Positions 46,487 to 49,155 of a DNA stretch of 49,155 nt are shown here, piece by piece. Each line of letters opens with the position of its first letter. Positions within the stretch are counted from its first letter, which is position 1. The notes beneath the pieces are model-generated. The model ran no database searches, had not been told where the DNA came from, and saw only the letters and a list, made by a program, of their open reading frames with translations. Location of the stretch: the NCBI GenBank assembly GCA_016297555.1, contig JAEDGK010000001.1, positions 1-49,155 on the forward strand. The letters run 5' to 3'. This stretch comes from Clostridiaceae bacterium. Its GTDB lineage: Bacteria > Bacillota > Clostridia > Oscillospirales > Acutalibacteraceae. Both the position numbers and the translations under genes were made by a program.

Positions 46487-47281
46487 TTATATAAACCTGA
46501 TAATTTCAACAATTACCCGCCCTTTTTTGGAAACGGCAGAGCAATCGGAAACAATAATTCTGCCTTTTCTGCGAAAAACGATTTTATCGCCTGCGGAAAT
46601 CTTTTTATCGGGCTTCTGACATTCGGTGTCGTTCACAAAAACCGAGCCGCTTTCTATCGCCGTGCAGGCGTCGCCTCTTGAAACGCCGAACGCGTTTTTT
46701 ACAACGCTGTCAAGCCTCATTGATGAAACCGTGAAGCTGTCGGGCACGCCGACGGCTTTTGAACCCTCCCGTGCTTCGGCGGGAGGGATTATTTTTGCTT
46801 TGAGCGAGCTTCTGCCCGCCTTGCTGAGGTTTTCCGCGATGAACGGCGCAATTTTTGAAATAACCGCAAGCTTACACCCGCTGTCGCCGACTATTATATC
46901 GCCCGTCATTTCCCGCTTAATTCCCAAGCCCATTAGGGAGCCGAGATAATCGCGGTGGCTCAGCGGCGGAGAAAATCTGTCTTTTTCGATTTCGATAACC
47001 GCAATGGGGTCATCGGCGGGATTTTCGGCGAAGTATCCGAAAATATCCTCCTCATTACGAGCCTCGATATATTCGGGGAGCATCAGCGCAACGCACCGTT
47101 CCGCGTCGGCAAATCCGCCGTAAAATATTATCCCGATATCCGTCTGCCGCTTCACAAATGCGGAGACAAGCGATTTTTCGTGCATATCGAGAAAAAAGCT
47201 GTTTGTAATCATTGAATTTTCACGGCATTGCCGCGCTTTGTCCTCAATTATTGAGAGGAGCAATTTTTCTTCGGGGGTCAT
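46487..47281 (-). CDS. ylmH: YlmH/Sll1252 family S4-domain RNA-binding protein
   Basis: FLD, GG..DAER, LSHRDYLGSLMGLGIKRE..GDI, SMRLD and S4-like GD...R.KGR motifs. Confidence 0.88.
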   Translation of the reverse strand: MTPEEKLLLSIIEDKARQCRENSMITNSFFLDMHEKSLVSAFVKRQTDIGIIFYGGFADAERCVALMLPEYIEARNEEDIFGYFAENPADDPIAVIEIEKDRFSPPLSHRDYLGSLMGLGIKREMTGDIIVGDSGCKLAVISKIAPFIAENLSKAGRSSLKAKIIPPAEAREGSKAVGVPDSFTVSSMRLDSVVKNAFGVSRGDACTAIESGSVFVNDTECQKPDKKISAGDKIVFRRKGRIIVSDCSAVSKKGRVIVEIIRFI

Positions 47282-47295
47282 TGCAGTTTCTCCTT

Positions 47296-48024
47296 TTAAA
47301 GACTTTTCATTTTGCGCGAGAAGCATAAAACTGCCGCCGCAAAAATGACCGCCGCATAGCCTAAAATCCACGCTAAATGAACGCCTATTCCCGCACAGCT
47401 TCCCGAAAGGGCGAGCTTTGCGGCGTCAACGCAGTGAACGAAGGGCAGGCAGTATGCAATCTTTTTGAAAACGCCGCCGACAAGCTCAAGGTCAAACCAT
47501 ATGCCCGAAAGCCAAGCCGCCGCGTTGACGAGAATCGACGAAATGCCGCCGACTGCTTTGTCGCTCATTATGCATCCGAAAAGCAGACCGAAAGCAATGA
47601 AAAGCAGGGCGCTCGGAATGAGGGCGGCTATGCAGAGCAGGATGCGGGCTGAAAATTTAAGCCCGACAAGCATCGCCGCGGCAAAGCAAATAACGCTTTG
47701 CATTAAGGCGGCGGGGAGGAGGGGCAGGGTGTAGCCGGCTATGTATTCTCCGCTTTTCATCGGCGAGGCAAAGAGCCTTGTCAGAAAAGATGAGGTTCTG
47801 TCCTTTGCAATCAAAGAGCCTGAAAAAAGCGTTATGAATGAAAGCCCGAAAACGGCTATACCCGGCGCAAGCCGCTCAATCTGAAACATCGCAACGGGAA
47901 TATTCGCTTGAATTGCGCTCATCAGAAACAGAAGCACGAGCGGAAAGGCTATTCCGAACACGAGCGAGAGAGGGTCGCGCAGTATTTCTTTAAGACATCT
48001 TACCGAAAATGCTTTAATTCTCAT
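47296..48024 (-). CDS. ABC-2 type transporter permease
   Basis: KEILRDP, DR...FLTRL..SP and LSG.WF...LPF motifs; six TM helices. Confidence 0.88.
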   Translation of the reverse strand: MRIKAFSVRCLKEILRDPLSLVFGIAFPLVLLFLMSAIQANIPVAMFQIERLAPGIAVFGLSFITLFSGSLIAKDRTSSFLTRLFASPMKSGEYIAGYTLPLLPAALMQSVICFAAAMLVGLKFSARILLCIAALIPSALLFIAFGLLFGCIMSDKAVGGISSILVNAAAWLSGIWFDLELVGGVFKKIAYCLPFVHCVDAAKLALSGSCAGIGVHLAWILGYAAVIFAAAVLCFSRKMKSL

Positions 48025-48755
48025 TGCTTTTCCGCCTCCGAGCACAGTTTTACAAAAGCGTCCTCAAAGCTGACATAGCCCGAAAGCTCGAGAAGCTCCT
48101 TTTCCGTTCCGCAGGCTTTCAGACTTCCGTTTGCCATTATTCCTATCCTGTCGGCAAGGGCGCAGGCTTCGTCAAGATAATGCGTTGTCAGAATAACCGT
48201 TTTGCTGCCTTTCATACCCTCAATGACGCCCCAAAGCTCGCGCCGAGCAAGCACATCAAGCCCGAGGGTCGGTTCATCGAGAAACAGAATTTCGGGTTCG
48301 CTGATAAGAGCCATTGCGATGCTCAGCCGCCTTTGCCAGCCGCCCGAAAGCTTTTTTGCTTTTTTATCCGCAACCTGACCGAGTGAGAGCCGCTCAATCT
48401 GCCGCGAGGCTCTTTCGCGCGCTTCATGCGCGCCAACGCCGTAAATTCCCGCCATCAGCTCCAGATTTTCGCGCACGCTCAAATTCGGTGCCACGGCAGT
48501 TTCCTGCGGAGAAACATTGAGAATTTTCTTTGCTTCCGACGGATTTTCCGCAATATTTATTCCGCATAAAAGAGCTTCGCCGCCGCTCGGCTCGGAAAGT
48601 CCGCAGAGCATTCTGATGGTCGTTGATTTGCCCGCTCCGTTTACGCCGAGCAGGGCAAAAATTTCACCCTTTTTTATTGTAAGGTCAAGCCCGTTGACCG
48701 CACGGGTATCTTTGTAGTTTTTTGAAAGACGGTGCGTTTCAACCGCGTATTCCAT
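48021..48755 (-). CDS. ABC transporter ATP-binding protein
   Basis: GVNGAGKST, LSGGWQRR, LDEPT and TTH motifs. Confidence 0.92.
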   Translation of the reverse strand: MEYAVETHRLSKNYKDTRAVNGLDLTIKKGEIFALLGVNGAGKSTTIRMLCGLSEPSGGEALLCGINIAENPSEAKKILNVSPQETAVAPNLSVRENLELMAGIYGVGAHEARERASRQIERLSLGQVADKKAKKLSGGWQRRLSIAMALISEPEILFLDEPTLGLDVLARRELWGVIEGMKGSKTVILTTHYLDEACALADRIGIMANGSLKACGTEKELLELSGYVSFEDAFVKLCSEAEKQ

Positions 48756-48982
48756 TATTCGTCCTCCGTTTCGTTCTGCGCATTAAAGACCGCGTTTGCA
48801 AATTCGAGATAATCCTCGTTGCGGACTATCGCAATTCCGCGTTCAACATCGGCAAGCAGCAGAAGGGTATCGCCCGGGCGGATATCAAATAAATCCCTTG
48901 CGCCCTTAGGAATAACAATCTGCCCCTTTTCGCCGACCTTGACGGCGCTCATAAACTTGCCCTTGGGCATCTGCATCGGCAT
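48755..48982 (-). CDS. AbrB/MazE/SpoVT family DNA-binding protein
   Basis: VKVGEKGQIVIPK.AR..F.I.PGD.L motif; AAGGAG RBS. Confidence 0.9.
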   Translation of the reverse strand: MPMQMPKGKFMSAVKVGEKGQIVIPKGARDLFDIRPGDTLLLLADVERGIAIVRNEDYLEFANAVFNAQNETEDE

Positions 48983-49006
48983 AAAAACACTCCTTATTTC
49001 AGAAAA

Positions 49007-49053
49007 GTATAACTTGTATAACTAATCATACCACTGGCGCAAGGGCTTGTCAA
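49007..49053 (-). promoter_or_regulatory. Promoter of AbrB-ABC operon with tandem GTATAACT repeat
   Basis: Minus-strand TTGACA(49053-49048)-N17-TATGAT(49030-49025); GTATAACT at 49007-49014 and 49016-49023. Confidence 0.65.
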
Positions 49054-49063
49054 TATCGTTTAT

Positions 49064-49098
49064 AAAAAAACCCGGCGGAGCGAGCCGCCGGGAAAAAC
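49064..49098 (-). terminator. Terminator of the upstream minus-strand gene
   Basis: CCCGGCGG/CCGCCGGG stem with plus-strand A-run. Confidence 0.7.
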
Positions 49099-49100
49099 CG

Positions 49101-49154
49101 TTAAAGTATAATAAACAGGAAGAATGCGCCCATGCCGAGCATTGCAAGGAATGA
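49101..49154 (-). CDS. C-terminal fragment of a membrane protein (runs off the window)
   Basis: Frame reads SFLAMLGMGAFFLFIIL* and is followed by a terminator. Confidence 0.45.
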   Translation of the reverse strand, partial: SFLAMLGMGAFFLFIIL

Positions 49155-49155
49155 A

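Noticed and set aside
48755..48982. MazE/VapB antitoxin of a type II TA pair
   Set aside because: The downstream gene is an ABC ATPase, not a toxin.
270..49025. Numerous short alternative-frame and antisense ORFs in the track
   Set aside because: They overlap well-supported genes and show no recognisable motifs or RBS.

Overview
A 49 kb chromosomal window from a Clostridia-type Firmicute (probably Oscillospiraceae/Ruminococcaceae-like, inferred from gene content). It is mostly housekeeping and metabolic genes: mecA, a degenerate rnfD-E-A trio, a GH13 glycosidase, folEPBK, a nadD-yqeK fusion, rsfS, leuS, rpsU, a GH78 rhamnosidase, ABC transporters, lexA, a yybP-ykoY riboswitch with a P-type ATPase, pgm, jag-yidC-yidD-rnpA-rpmH, dnaA-ftsY-rdgB-yhbY, smpB-tmRNA and three DUF4474-like paralogues. 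The best novel-system candidate is an AT-rich ~1 kb cassette (35778-36769) bounded by a 19-bp direct repeat. It encodes a DUF3800-type, RNase H-like protein whose last codons contain a near-consensus sigma-A promoter; this promoter would drive a separate ~85-nt structured RNA ending in its own terminator, suggesting a two-part protein + ncRNA module. Other oddities: an Rnf membrane subcomplex that has lost its FMN and Fe-S ligands, a dnaA with an altered DNA-recognition helix and no DnaA boxes or dnaN nearby, an apparent ATT start codon for nadD, a minimal sortase-substrate peptide, and orphan GTAG-type REP pairs. All family calls come from motif recognition by eye, not database searches.
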